Shown: positions 1-12,711, counted from the first letter of the whole stretch. The stretch is DNA of 63,563 nucleotides, filler included, from Octopus bimaculoides (GCF_001194135.2; 6 parts of 4 records of this genome joined end to end with filler, not necessarily neighbours in it), one strand, 5' to 3'. The notes: generated by a model from the letters alone, not told the origin. Numbers and translations are program-made.

Positions 1-505
1 TATATATATATATATATATATATATTAGTACATGCACAGACACAGCCGGTGCTTGTTTTTTTTTATAGATATGCTTATTTTTAATTACAACCATTAATAT
101 TCCAAATATGATTGAAAATAATTGAAAATCAAACATTATTTTGGCAAAAATAAGGTTAGCACTGAAGTAATGTTTGGAATCGTTCCAAAATAAACGTTAA
201 ACTAATGCCGAAATACATGCGCTGTGATGGAAAAGGTTAAACAAGAAAACAAGCAAAACAAAACAAAACAACGAAACAAAAATACAAGTAAGGAAGCGAA
301 TACAAGCAAAACAAAACAAAAATATAAATAAGGAAGCGAAATCTATCAATACAAATTTAGAGGAAAATATAAAATATAACAAATCGAAAGTAACTCTTCG
401 TTACGTTAGTTCGATATTCCAATAAGTGAAGTGATGGATTCTCTCAAGCACACACATATATACACACAGACGCAATCACACAATCGTGTGCACACATACA
501 CACAT

Positions 506-870
506 CTTTCCTCTTTTACTTGTTTCAGTCATTAGACTGTGGCCATGCTGGAGTAGCCTTGAGGAATTTCAGTCGAACAAATCGACCCCAGTACTTATTT
601 TTCTTTTAAAGCCTGCTTTAAGATTGGTACTTATTCTGTCAAATTCTTTTACCGAACCGCTAAGTTATAGGAACGTAAACACACCTGCACCGAGTGTCAA
701 ACGGCGGTGAGACAAAAGCACAAATAGACACACACACACACACACACACGATGGGTTTCTTGCAGATTCCGTCTGGACAGCCCGAGGTTAAAAGTAGAAG
801 ACACCTAAGGGGCCACGCAGTGAGAGTGAATCCGAAAGCATGTTATTAGGAACCAAACTTCGTATCATAT
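506..870 (-). mobile_element. SINE family 1 (tRNA-like head, CORE-like middle, internal microsatellite, conserved tail), decayed
   Basis: Tail TTTTACTTGTTTCAGTCATTAGACTGTGGCCATGCTGG..., (CA)n, then head remnant AGTAGAAGACACC...CACGCAGTG; recurs many times in the window. Confidence 0.7.
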
Positions 871-910
871 ATCCACGTCTGCAACTATATACACGAGTAT
901 GTATATAAGG

Positions 911-1001
<91 letters not shown>

Positions 1002-2709
1002 CAGACAGAGAGAATGAAGTAAAGAGGGGAGAGAGAAGGAAAGTGAGCGAGACAACTGATACAACAAACACCATTTTGTCACTATGTCTGTTAATCAATC
1101 AATCTATCTATCTATCTACCTATCTTTCTTTTTTTCTTTCTTTCTTTCACCAATTCTGCTATCAGGTAAGTAGATTAGATAAGTTTACGGCGCACTGTTT
1201 TAAAAGATACGTTCAGTCCAGCTGTTGAATCAAAGACTTTTTATAAGAACGAATATATCCGGAAGAAATATTCTTAAGCTGTTTTCTGCGTGGTATATCA
1301 AAACAGGAGAAACGGTACATGTTATTGCAAGCTAACGAAACTCCCTTTGAACATACAATACCGGTGAAAGCTTATAAGTATAGACGTAATATGTGAGAGA
1401 TCCCCTGTTCTGAGTTCAAATTTCGCCGAGGTCGACTTTGTCTTTTATCTTCGTACTGGGGTCGGTCTAATCGACTGGCCCCCTCGCCAAAAATTTCGGG
1501 CCTTGTACCTAGAGTAGAAAAGAATGCGAGAGCCCTTTAAACATTAGGTATTATATAGATTCCCACGGAGTACCTGCATCTTTAAAAGCAAAGTGTAAAA
1601 CTAGCCAAGATGCTTGCTGTTTTTATGGGGTCTCTTTTGCTGAACCGCTACGTTACAGGGACGTAAACTAACCAACACCAGTTGTTATTATACAACTAAA
1701 ATTTATTTTAAGGACTTTAAAAAATGAAATTACATTCCAAGAGTATATGAATAGAAAATTAAAGAGAGGGCAATAAATGCCAAGAAATATTTTGGTATGC
1801 TGTTGGTTTTCGCCATTCTTAGAGAGGACAAAGGAGAGAGCCACTATTTGGATGCTCTATCGGCTAGAAATAGGAGCCAGGTTTTAAATTCCCACATTTC
1901 CATTATTAAGAAAGGAAACTGCATATTAGATAGTGTTGACTTACATATTAATTGTGTGATCACCGCTGGAAAACTTTTGAGACCCAGTTCTGCTGGTTGG
2001 GGCCTGAATCGGCATCATCTTCGTCATCGTCGCCATCCATGTCGTCGACCTCCTCCTCCTCCTGCTCCTCATCATCATCATCATCGACAACAACAACCAC
2101 AGCAGCAACAACAACTGCCCTCAATGGATTCATTGTTAAAATATTAAAATATGAAAAGCATACTTTTCGTTCGTGATTGATTTGAATTCCTGCGACAGAA
2201 GTGAGTAATCGGACCGAGAAGCTTGTTTCAGTACTCCACTGTTTTCCCCCACACCGCCAACACGAGGAAGGTCGAAAACCCTCCAAACAAACCGTGAGGC
2301 ATATTAAGGCTAAGATGTTACTGGATGGAATCGAACCATGTAATTACAAAATAAACTTGTTAATCTCATGGTCACGCCTGCGCTCACAATACGTCGGTTG
2401 TCCGATCTCTAAGGAACAACTAGTGGAAAAAGATTCTTAAAAATTATAATGGAGAGATAAGAGTTACGATGCTTGGCTGTTGATTCGCACTTTCTTACTG
2501 CTATAAAATTATATTAGAGTCTTGTGTTTCATTTTCTCATTGTTAAAAGGCAAAGGTGTTATTTTTGTGTTCTTATAACGGAAATCAAAACTGAAATTAA
2601 TATTATTGAACGTAAAGAATATATCTGTTGATACATTTCATGTTTCCTTATGTTCTTTAAAAAAAAATCTAATTACATTTTTTTTTCTTTTCCATCTCAT
2701 GTTTTGTAG

Positions 2710-3224
2710 TGAATCAGAAAAGGCAAGGAACCTCAGATGAAATTGAAACAATGATGTGTAGTGGAAGAGCGGTCGGTGAAACTCCTATCCGTACTCAGAA
2801 AAGATCGAAACACTTCTACGATTACAGTGGTGGCATACGACAATCTAACAGTGAAAAGAGTCAAGCTGCAAAACTACGGGTCATCAGGATGCTATTTGTA
2901 ATAGTATTAGAATTCTTTGTCTGCTGGTGTCCTCTTTACTTCATTCAAACTTGGTTGTCGTTTGATAGTAAAGGGGCAAATGAAAATATATCGCCAACCC
3001 TACTGGGGTTCGTCTATCTTCTCGCCTACACATCATCTTGCACTAATCCCATAACGTACGCTTTCATGAACAAAAAGTTCCGTCAAGGATTTCTATCAGT
3101 TTTTCGTTGTTGCAAAGTAAGCAAATCAAACATCAGCCGACGTCCCAACACATCAATGTCAGGATTCAATGCCTCATCTCGAATAGCAACAAGTCGTATA
3201 GTGTTATACGATAAAGTTCAGTGA
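2710..3224 (+). CDS. CCKAR-like: Terminal coding exon of a class A GPCR, cholecystokinin/sulfakinin receptor-like (ICL3 end, TM6, TM7, helix 8, C-tail); upstream exons lie outside or were not found in the window
   Basis: Pyrimidine tract plus TAG acceptor at 2707-2709 (phase 1). Translation AAKLRVIRMLFVIVLEFFVCWCPLY (TM6, CWxP, with the VLEFF signature of protostome CCK/sulfakinin receptors), YLLAYTSSCTNPITYAFMNKKFRQGF (TM7 NPxxY, helix 8), CC palmitoylation pair, Ser-rich tail. TGA at 3222-3224. Confidence 0.9.
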
Positions 3225-3310
3225 GACTCATGGTCGCTTTCGAAATATCACTTTAATGTAAAAGCAGTCATAAATTTACTCTTTATCGGGGTAATAAGAT
3301 TTTTCGTATG

Positions 3311-3381
<71 letters not shown>

Positions 3382-3385
<4 letters not shown>

Positions 3386-3387
3386 AA
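3382..3387 (+). promoter_or_regulatory. Candidate polyadenylation signal for the GPCR, directly after a (GA)n tract (3315-3382)
   Basis: AATAAA about 160 nt after the stop codon; usage not demonstrated. Confidence 0.3.
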
Positions 3388-3759
3388 GCAGAATCATTTC
3401 TAAATCTGGGATAAATAACTAGTAATGTTCAAAGCAAGCATCTCGTAGTCCGTAGATTGAAAGGTAAAAATAATTGGGCGAATTTAATGAGGTTGAATGT
3501 GAAATATTAGTGATGACGAGTTAATTGGTGGAAGCAAAAAAAGAGCAAGAATAGTGATTCAGAGCAATGAGTAACATTTATGGGTAGAATGAGTGAGAGA
3601 GAGAAAATATCAATTATAGTTTCTTATATTTAGTCAAATGCATATTGTTTTTTGTTATCACGTGAACCATATGAACCAATCTGTATTTGTTAAAAAAATG
3701 TGTTTTAAATTAATCTTAGCATTTATAATTCCTTTATAGCCACACCACCAATTTACACA

Positions 3760-3820
<61 letters not shown>

Positions 3821-4738
3821 NNNNNNNNNNNNNNNNNNNNNNNNNNNNNNNNNNNNNNNNNNNNNNNNNNNNNNNNNNNNNNNNNNNNNNNNNNNNNNNN
3901 NNNNNNNNNNNNNNNNNNNNNNNNNNNNNNNNNNNNNNNNNNNNNNNNNNNNNNNNNNNNNNNNNNNNNNNNNNNNNNNNNNNNNNNNNNNNNNNNNNNN
4001 NNNNNNNNNNNNNNNNNNNNNNNNNNNNNNNNNNNNNNNNNNNNNNNNNNNNNNNNNNNNNNNNNNNNCCATTTCCTTATTCCGTGGTCGATGCCACTTT
4101 CATTCCGAATAAACTTGAACTTTATATGGAGTTTGTTTTGTCAGTGTCTAAAAGTTGTATTAAACCCGTTGGGTTTTATAGTAATGAGGGCCGGAAAACA
4201 ACAGAAACCATAACAAGCCCTAACTGCTGAACATTTCAGACTTTTACCATCGACACGGGAGTTCAGTTTTCAGTCAAACAAATATATAAGTCAATAAATA
4301 AATAAAGGAAAAAAGTAAAGAACAACTCCTTGCAAAACTATGGGCTGTTTCAGCTGATTGACAAGCCCCTAAAAGTTTTGTGGTGTGCAAAATCGAAATT
4401 TGCAAGCCTCTCAGGTTTACAAAACAATGTCTAAAAAGTGATAAATACCTTGAAGTTAGTTTTTTTCTCAAAGAACAAAGAAGAAAATTATATAAAAAAA
4501 AACAATAAAACTTTGTTTGTAAAAAAGTTTAGACTTGGGTTTGAACCCCCTAAGCAAATTTAGTTTCCGAGCCACTGCCCCTGGATTCACTGTTTTTTTT
4601 TTTTGTATCACAAAACTATAACAACAGAGCATTATTGACAGTTCTATATTTAAGAGGTGAGAAATTATGTACATTATTTACATTATTTACATTATTTTCT
4701 ACATTTGACGGATATTTGTCCTCATCTTGTTTGTTGTT

Positions 4739-4784
4739 AACACAACATTTCGGCTGATATACCCTCCAGCCTTCTTCAGGTGTC
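4739..4784 (-). ncRNA. Minimal type I hammerhead-ribozyme-like motif (Penelope-associated form)
   Basis: Minus strand reads GACAC CUGAAGA A GGCUG gagggUaUaU CAGCC GAA AUGU U GUGUU: stem I GACAC/GUGUU, core CUGANGA, 5-bp stem II, GAA, short stem III (AUGU, probably CpG-decayed palindrome ACGU). Confidence 0.6.
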
Positions 4785-4884
4785 TTGGGAATATTTCGAA
4801 CCTGGGTTCTCATTCCGAAGGTATTTTTCGATGTTATTATTTATTATAATTATAATTATTATTATTATTGTTATTATTATTATG

Positions 4885-4960
4885 CCCACGAGCATATGGC
4901 GTAGTGGTTAAGAGCGCGGGCTACTAAAACCAAGATTCCGAGTTCGATTCCAGGCAGTAA

Positions 4961-4962
<2 letters not shown>
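4885..4962 (+). mobile_element. tRNA-derived SINE-like head lying between two inverted ~190-bp arms
   Basis: Box A TGGCGTAGTGG (4897-4907) and box B GAGTTCGATTCC (4940-4951), followed by (AAT)n; no convincing acceptor stem. Confidence 0.65.
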
Positions 4963-5008
<46 letters not shown>

Positions 5009-5057
5009 CATCGAAAAATACCTTAGGAATGAGAACCCAGGTTTGAAATTTCCCCAA

Positions 5058-5100
5058 AACACTTCATGAAGGCTGGAGGGTATATCAGCCGAAACGTGTT
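5058..5100 (+). ncRNA. Degenerate second copy of the hammerhead-like motif, inverted relative to 4739-4784
   Basis: AACAC UUCAUGA A GGCUG gagggUaUaU CAGCC GAAAC GUGUU; identical stem II and stem I intact, but core mutated (UUCAUGA) and stem III shortened. Confidence 0.45.
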
Positions 5101-6798
5101 AACAACAAACAAGATGAGGACAAATATCCGTCGAATGTAAATAATGTAAACAAAGAGCATTATTGAGTTGGAAGAGATTGGTGAGAAACACAGTTTCAAA
5201 GTTAATGTGGATTTAATGAGCTGGAATGTTAAATCTAGTAAAGTTTCAGACGTTCGCATGGGTTACGGAAAAATAGTGAAAGCCGATTGGCTGGCTTTAG
5301 ATGTTCAATACAAAAGGTCTGTAAACTTGTTTTTCTTTCATGCAAACCGATAAAAGGATGTGATGAATGAGAAACACACACACACACAGCACACAAATGC
5401 ATGCACACACACAGGTGCACACACTTACGTGCACACACACATACACAAACAAACACACAACACAAAGTCTCCTTCAATTTCTTCAGGTCACTTGAATAAC
5501 ATACTTATTTTTAGCATATTTAATAATTCAATAATTGGTTCCAATAATATTTAAAATATGTAGAATTGAATAAAACTTATGCGATCATATTTAAATTAAA
5601 CGTGGGTGTAAATACAAACGTGATACGAACTTTTAATTCACTTTTACAAGTCCATAGGATCAAAGTTCTGCTATGTTCTGTGTATTGTATCGCTAAAAGC
5701 CACTAGTAAGAATGTACTCGTCTCATCAAAGCATTAAAGTATTACGAAAAAAAGAAATCGTACATTTTTTACTAGCTGGTTCATGTATTAACATGTAATC
5801 GCTGACTTCGCAGCTGAGATTATAAGGCTTCAAAGCTTTAATCTAATTCATCGTAATTAACATAATCTAATTGTCATTATATCCACTTCTAAAACTTTTC
5901 TAAAGGTAATATTGAAAAATAAACATTTATGGTTATAAGAAAAAAGAAAAAAAGCACGGATGAAGATATTTCTAAATTGTTTAAACTGTTGAGTTGATGA
6001 TGTAAACGAAATGTCACGTTGTAATTGAAGAATCAAATATACTCTACACGTATTGTCCTTATTGTTCGTTATATATCGATCCGTTGATCTAAATATTATA
6101 AATATTGATTCCAAATCATCGCACAAGGCCAGCAACTTCGGGAGAGAGAGAGCAAGTCGATAACATTACAGAGCTATGGCAGTAGATAAATGATTCTTTA
6201 ATCACTTACTTCCCTTAGACCTTTAAAAAACGAGTAACATGTTGTACTTTGAAGAACATTCAACTGATTTCAAATATAAATGGAGAATCCATAAGAGATT
6301 TCAACTAAACAAGAACCAAAGTAAAAGATGTGAGTCAAAGCACTCTGCAAAACACAGCGGATGCACTTCCTTCTCTTGTTCTGCTCCCAATCCATCCTTG
6401 TAATATTTTTCAGCATTTTCATTTATTTCTCAATTTTATTCTTATTTAATATTCTTTACTTTCATTCATTTCAAATGTATTTCTTTTCATTCTTTCCCCC
6501 ACTTTTCATTATATTTCTCTCACCTTTATTCTTTTCTTTTTCCTTATTTCCCCCTTAACTAGTATTAGTTTTGCATTTTTGTCACTTCGCCCTCTGCTGA
6601 AGGAAAATAACTCATATCTATATATTACAAGTGGTGCATCTTATACGAGAAGTCTCATATTCTAAGATTTGTACTGTTGGATATAAATAGTTTAGTAGTA
6701 TCGTATTGATTTGCATCTTATTTCAGACAATCGTTACCAATTATAAGCAGAAGAAAAATATGAATCTCATACTATCCAATGTTCACTACGCAGTAACT

Positions 6799-7128
6799 GG
6801 AGGCGCAATGGACTCGTGATTGTAGGAAAGATTTCCTGACCGGGCGTTGTGAGTGTTTATTCAGCAAAAACACCTAAAGCTCCACGTGGTGGTGAACCCT
6901 ACTCTTTAGCCACAACTTCCTCTCATTCTTTCTTCTAGTTTCTGTTGTACCTGTATTTCAAAGGGCCAGCCTTGTTACACGCTGCGTCACGCCGAATCTC
7001 CCCGAAAACTACGTTAAAGGTACACGTGTCTGTGGAGTGCTAAGCCACTTGCACGTTAATTTCACGAGCAAGCTGTTCCGTTGATCAAATCAACTAGGAC
7101 CCTCGTCGTTGTAACCGACGGAGTGCCA
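6799..7128 (+). mobile_element. SINE family 3 (GGAGGCGCAATGG head)
   Basis: About 330-bp unit ending CCCTCGTCGTTGTAACCGACGGAGTGCCA; a second copy lies reverse-complemented at 55785-56145. Confidence 0.75.
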
Positions 7129-7499
7129 TTATGTAGTAACTGTGCACACCGGAATAAATATGAACATAGTGTTCGTCTCCTCCAAAAGGAATTATTTAAC
7201 GCGCTACTCTAAAACGCAGTAGAGCTTCAAAATGACATGTTTTCAATTAGATCCAATTCATTCAATACGCATTTTCTCTTGACACCTTCACAGATTTGGG
7301 AACCACCTTAGAAATTAGCAACACAATTTTGTCACATTTGATAATGGCTTTTCGAATAATAATATCGTACAATTCTGAAATAATGTGGAATTTTATTTCA
7401 TTTGTCAAATCGTACAAATGTTTAAACGGATGAGATACAATATACATACATACATACATACATACATACATACATACTTACTTACTTACATTGAAACTT

Positions 7500-7850
7500 C
7501 AATAAAATGTAAGCAAACAGACCTGATATAATGATTTGGGATAGAGAAGAGAAACTGTGCACAGTTGTGGAAATTAGTTGCTCAGCGGATGTTAACATAA
7601 AGCTGAAAATCAGTAACAAAAGAGAACATCTATACTGATCTATTGAGAAATCGTCAGTTACTCTATCCAGATTGCAAGTTCAGCTTTATACCTGTAATTA
7701 TTGAGATCCTGGGATATGTACCATACTGCCTAAATATCAATCTTGAGAAATTAGGTTTCTTAAGACAAGAAAGGAGAAAGCTTATTCGAAGACCCAATCC
7801 ATCACTAGAACTGTAAAATTCTGTAAAACTTTCCAGAAGTTTATCATTTA
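7500..7850 (+). mobile_element. 3' fragment of an RLE-type non-LTR retrotransposon (R4/Dong-like), restriction-like endonuclease domain, frameshifted
   Basis: With two frameshifts: RPDIMIWDREEKLCTVVEISCSADVNIKLKI / KENIYTDLLRNRQLLYPDCKFSFIPVIIEILGYVP...LGF / SITRTVKFCKTFQKFII-stop; PD-(D/E)xK-type RLE signature. Confidence 0.8.
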
Positions 7851-7912
7851 AATATATATGAGCATGTCTAGATATGTAACTATATGCATGAGAATCCACA
7901 CACACACATACA

Positions 7913-8024
7913 TAGGTGCAGGTGTGGCTGTGTGGTGAGAAAATTGGTTCCAAAACACATGGTCCTGTGTTCAGTCCCACTGTGTGGTGACTTGGCATGT
8001 GTCTCCTGCTATAGNNNNNNNNNN

Positions 8025-8059
<35 letters not shown>

Positions 8060-8180
8060 CATATACATATAGGCGCAGGCGTGGCTGTGTGGTAAAAAGC
8101 TTGCTTCCCAACCACATGGCTCCCGGTTCAGTCCCACTGCATGGCACACACAAGCACACGACGGGCTTTTTTCAGTTACA
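7913..8180 (+). mobile_element. Two tandem SINE family 1 heads (7913-8014, 8071-8180)
   Basis: GGCGCAGGNGTGGCTGTGTGGT...GTTCAGTCCCACTG; box A/box B-like motifs. Confidence 0.7.
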
Positions 8181-8825
8181 TATGTATATGTGTATGTATG
8201 TGTGTGTGCGCGTGAATGTGTATGTGTGTGTGTGTGTATGCATACGACATAAATTGGTTGTCTGTGCTTGTGTGACCATGTATCATGTTTTAAATGTATC
8301 ATGCGTGAGTGAAAACATAATTGCATCTCATTGTTTTAATTAAATTTTACTAAGTCTGTTTCCTTTTGACGGAGTTGTTGTCGATGGCTTGTGTTACAAG
8401 TATTTTCTTATAGTGAAGGCAAAGAGCATTGGTCTCTGATTGATATTACAATTACAACGAGACTTTTGGCCTCTGTGTTTTGTTGAAAATCCATCGATAA
8501 AACAGTGTACGCCTGAAGCCTATTTAATCGATCGCTAGAATCAAAGAACAAAGCACTAATTTAATTAATCTTGCCAGTTATAAAATAGTGGTTGCACACG
8601 CCACCAACAACAAATTCGCCGTTGGGATAAAAGTGTGAAGGTCTAAAAACCAGCGAGAAGCCTAGAAAATTTACTGTCCAAAACAAACTATAAAACAATG
8701 ACCTACCAGAATATGAATAATCTTTTATACAAATAGCACCCCGTACATACATATGTATATGTATGTAGACATACTCACCAAGATACAAGTATATGTTCAT
8801 ACACATACAGATACATAACCATTTA

Positions 8826-9046
8826 TACGAGAGGGAGCTGGAAAGTTCCTGGCTTTGGGTAAAAGAAAACACAAGACGATCAGTCAATTATGATTTTACT
8901 CAACATATTCCCTTCTCAGATTCACTCAATTATTGCAGCTGTCCTTCAGTTTTTGTAAGCCCTGGAAAAGAACTCGTAAAGTTGGGCCTCCAGCCAGGCA
9001 CTTCGCGACAGCCTTGAAGCCAGCAGTTTTTCAGCACCTCCTCGTA
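8826..9046 (-). mobile_element. Mariner-derived MITE, TA-flanked
   Basis: TA|CGAGAGGGAGCTGGAAAGTTCCTGGCTTT ... AAGCCAGCAGTTTTTCAGCACCTCCTCG|TA imperfect TIRs; same family as 61334-61555 in the opposite orientation. Confidence 0.7.
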
Positions 9047-9338
9047 TGTAGTAAGTAGACTGACACATGGATCCACGCAGTAGAGTCTTCTTTCGCCTAA
9101 ACAAAGTAGCTGACCAGATGTGGGTCAAAATGACACGAGTAATCAGGGATATGATTTATACTTATGTGAATGAAACAAACGTGAACACTTGACAAAAAAA
9201 AGCCAACTATAGAAAACACGTGATATTTATCATATATATATACACAATGTATGTTGTGTGTATATATTTATATACATGTATGTGCATGTAGGTGTGCTTA
9301 TCTATCTTTCTATCTATCTGTCTATCTATCTATCTATA

Positions 9339-9373
<35 letters not shown>

Positions 9374-9904
9374 NNNNNNNNNNNNNNNNNNNNNNNNNNN
9401 NNNNNNNNNNNNNNNNNNNNNNNNNNNNNNNNNNNNNNNNNNNNNNNNNNNNNNNNNNNNNNNNNNNNNNNNNNNNNNNNNNNNNNNNNNNNNNNNNNNN
9501 NNNNNNNNNNNNNNNNNNNNNNNNNNNNNNNNNNNNNNNNNNNNNNNNNNNNNNNNNNNNNNNNNNNNNNNNNNNNNNNNNNNNNNNNNNNNNNNNNNNN
9601 NNNNNNNNNNNNNNNNNNNNNNNNNNNNNNNNNNNNNNNNNNNNNNNNNNNNNNNNNNNNNNNNNNNNNNNNNNNNNNNNNNNNNNNNNNNNNNNNNNNN
9701 NNNNNNNNNNNNNNNNNNNNNNNNNNNNNNNNNNNNNNNNNNNNNNNNNNNNNNNNNNNNNNNNNNNNNNNNNNNNNNNNNNNNNNNNNNNNNNNNNNNN
9801 NNNNNNNNNNNNNNNNNNNNNNNNNNNNNNNNNNNNNNNNNATATGTATATAGGTACATATATGTTTACATCTATCTATCTATCTATAGACAGACAGATA
9901 GGTA

Positions 9905-9948
<44 letters not shown>

Positions 9949-10386
9949 TGTATTTATATATATATATATATTTCTTTATTTTACTGATATTAACTCGATA
10001 TCAAAGTTAAATGTTAGAAAGTTTAGCATTTTATTGCTTCTTTTACACACATGAATATATTCTTAAGCAAGTATATTTATGGAAAGCAATTCTTTCATAC
10101 TGTTATCTTCGATTGTGTTACCGTAAATAAACATGTTCTTCATTTCCATTCAATATAAAGCCACATATATTTTACGAACGACGCAATCATTTATTGTTGC
10201 CAATGAAAACAAGTCAACATTTATTATTCGAAAAGTAACTGATAATATCGTGAGAGCTATCGTCACTCGGAGATAGTAACCCCACAGAAGCCCCCTCACA
10301 GACGTACACACTCGCATACACAGACATATATACATGTACATATGTGTGTGTATGCGTATACACACGCACACATATATATATATGTG

Positions 10387-10439
<53 letters not shown>

Positions 10440-10483
10440 NNNNNNNNNNNNNNNNNNNNNNNNNNNNNNNNNNNNNNNNNNNN

Positions 10484-10495
10484 TTAATTAATTAA
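10484..10495. other. Synthetic assembly linker TTAATTAATTAA inside an N run (also 33388-33399, 41479-41490, 59106-59117, 61170-61181)
   Basis: Identical 12-mer with stops in all six frames, embedded in similar-length N runs five times. Confidence 0.9.
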
Positions 10496-10539
10496 NNNNN
10501 NNNNNNNNNNNNNNNNNNNNNNNNNNNNNNNNNNNNNNN

Positions 10540-10606
<67 letters not shown>

Positions 10607-10842
10607 TATGTGACATATTTGTATGTGTGTTTGTGTGTGTGTGTACTGTGTGTGTGTACATAGGTGTGAGCAACCCAGTAGACTGAGTTTACCCACAAAT
10701 TCACACAAACATACATGTGTGTGTGTGTGTGTGTGTGTGAATGCAAGTACAACACTAAGTTAGTCAAATTTATTGTTAAACTATAATACATATATACATA
10801 TATTCACAGACACACACACACAAACACCCACAGGTATAACTA

Positions 10843-10904
<62 letters not shown>

Positions 10905-10905
<1 letters not shown>

Positions 10906-11960
10906 ATAAGCTCTACAGGCATGGCTCGAGAAACACGGGGCCGACCTGTCCGAGATGCCGGCAGAGCGACGAAACCGTTCTGCACGCACTCGTACAGTGT
11001 CCCACCATTTCCGAGCTGTGGGCTTACGTCGAACAACTGCTATAGCGTGTGGGACGAGTCGGTCTATCAGCCGAGTCTATCGTGAATATTGTCGCGCCTC
11101 CTTCCTTTAAACGGAAAGGAAGAGCTATTTTCANNNNNNNNNNNNNNNNNNNNNNNNNNNNNNNNNNNNNNNNNNNNNNNNNNNNNNNNNNNNNNNNNNN
11201 NNNNNNNNNNNNNNNNNNNNNNNNNNNNNNNNNNNNNNNNNNNNNNNNNNNNNNNNNNNNNNNNNNNNNNNNNNNNNNNNNNNNNNNNNNNNNNNNNNNN
11301 NNNNNNNNNNNNNNNNNNNNNNNNNNNNNNNNNNNNNNNNNNNNNNNNNNNNNNNNNNNNNNNNNNNNNNNNNNNNNNNNNNNNNNNNNNNNNNNNNNNN
11401 NNNNNNNNNNNNNNNNNNNNNNNNNNNNNNNNNNNNNNNNNNNNNNNNNNNNNNNNNNNNNNNNNNNNNNNNNNNNNNNNNNNNNNNNNNNNNNNNNNNN
11501 NNNNNNNNNNNNNNNNNNNNNNNNNNNNNNNNNNNNNNNNNNNNNNNNNNNNNNNNNNNNNNNNNNNNNNNNNNNNNNNNNNNNNNNNNNNNNNNNNNNN
11601 NNNNNNNNNNNNNNNNNNNNNNNNNNNNNNNNNNNNNNNNNNNNNNNNNNNNNNNNNNNNNNNNNNNNNNNNNNNNNNNNNNNNNNNNNNNNNNNNNNNN
11701 NNNNNNNNNNNNNNNNNNNNNNNNNNNNNNNNNNNNNNNNNNNNNNNNNNNNNNNNNNNNNNNNNNNNNNNNNNNNNNNNNNNNNNNNNNNNNNNNNNNN
11801 NNNNNNNNNNNNNNNNNNNNNNNNNNNNNNNNNNNNNNCTTTTCCTTCCTACGATCCCTTTTGATCGACCCCCCCTTTTTTTTCTTCCCCCTCCCAAAAA
11901 GAAAAGCTCTACATTGTATTTGTCCCATCTTCGTTGAGCCCTGTGTGGCTAATAAAAGAA
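10905..11960 (+). mobile_element. 3' end of an L1/Tx1-clade LINE (CCHC zinc knuckle after RT), interrupted by an N gap
   Basis: KLYRHGSRNTGPTCPRCRQSDETVLHALVQCPTISELWAYVEQLL (CxxC...ETxxHxxxxC..W). After the gap, a pyrimidine-rich 3'UTR with AATAAA (11951-11956) and a short A tail. Linkage across the gap is inferred. Confidence 0.7.
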
Positions 11961-11979
11961 ATGTATCTATCTATCTATC

Positions 11980-12015
<36 letters not shown>

Positions 12016-12673
12016 CATATATATATATACATATAGATTCACATTCACATATATGCATATATGGATGCACATACTCACACACATATATATATTGAAAAAT
12101 ACAAAATATAGTTGTACCGTTCTATGAAACAAACTGCTGGTACGTAACAAACACGTATAAAAAATGCATAAAACACCTGCTAGTGCAACACTTTGATGTC
12201 CATGATCCAAGAAGCTGAATGGTATCAATAACCTTCTAACTGATCGCAGAAATCAGGGAACAGTTAAGTAAACTTTCACCACAAATTTAGGTGTAGACTA
12301 TTCAATTCACGAAGAGGAATCAGTGGATTAAAGAAGACAATTCCAGGTAAAATAACCTCAAGGGTCGAAAAATCAACAAGCAAATATCTAGGAAACAACA
12401 TCAACACTGCTACTGTATTTGTGGAAAAACACAAATACTGTAACTTCACCGCAAGCAATAATGATCGACAGAGAACACTTTTAAACTACGGTTCTACCTA
12501 CATGGTCACACCCTCAGATACATAAAATGTAAATGAAAATATGTATGAGTGCCTGTGTACGTACTGGTACATGTATATATAGACGTAAATTGAGACATAG
12601 AGAAATATACATAAAACAGAGAGAGGGAGAGAAAGGACGAAAGAGAAGTGAGAGAGAGCGAAAGAGAGTGAGT

Positions 12674-12711
<38 letters not shown>

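Noticed and set aside
1797-2286. Overlapping ORFs with poly-H/Q/P, poly-S/T or poly-D/E
   Set aside because: Produced by a CAT/CGT/CCT/CAA trinucleotide tract inside the GPCR intron; no domain and open on both strands.
12110-12500. A-rich complex segment that might be a LINE ORF2 relic
   Set aside because: No diagnostic motif recoverable in any frame.
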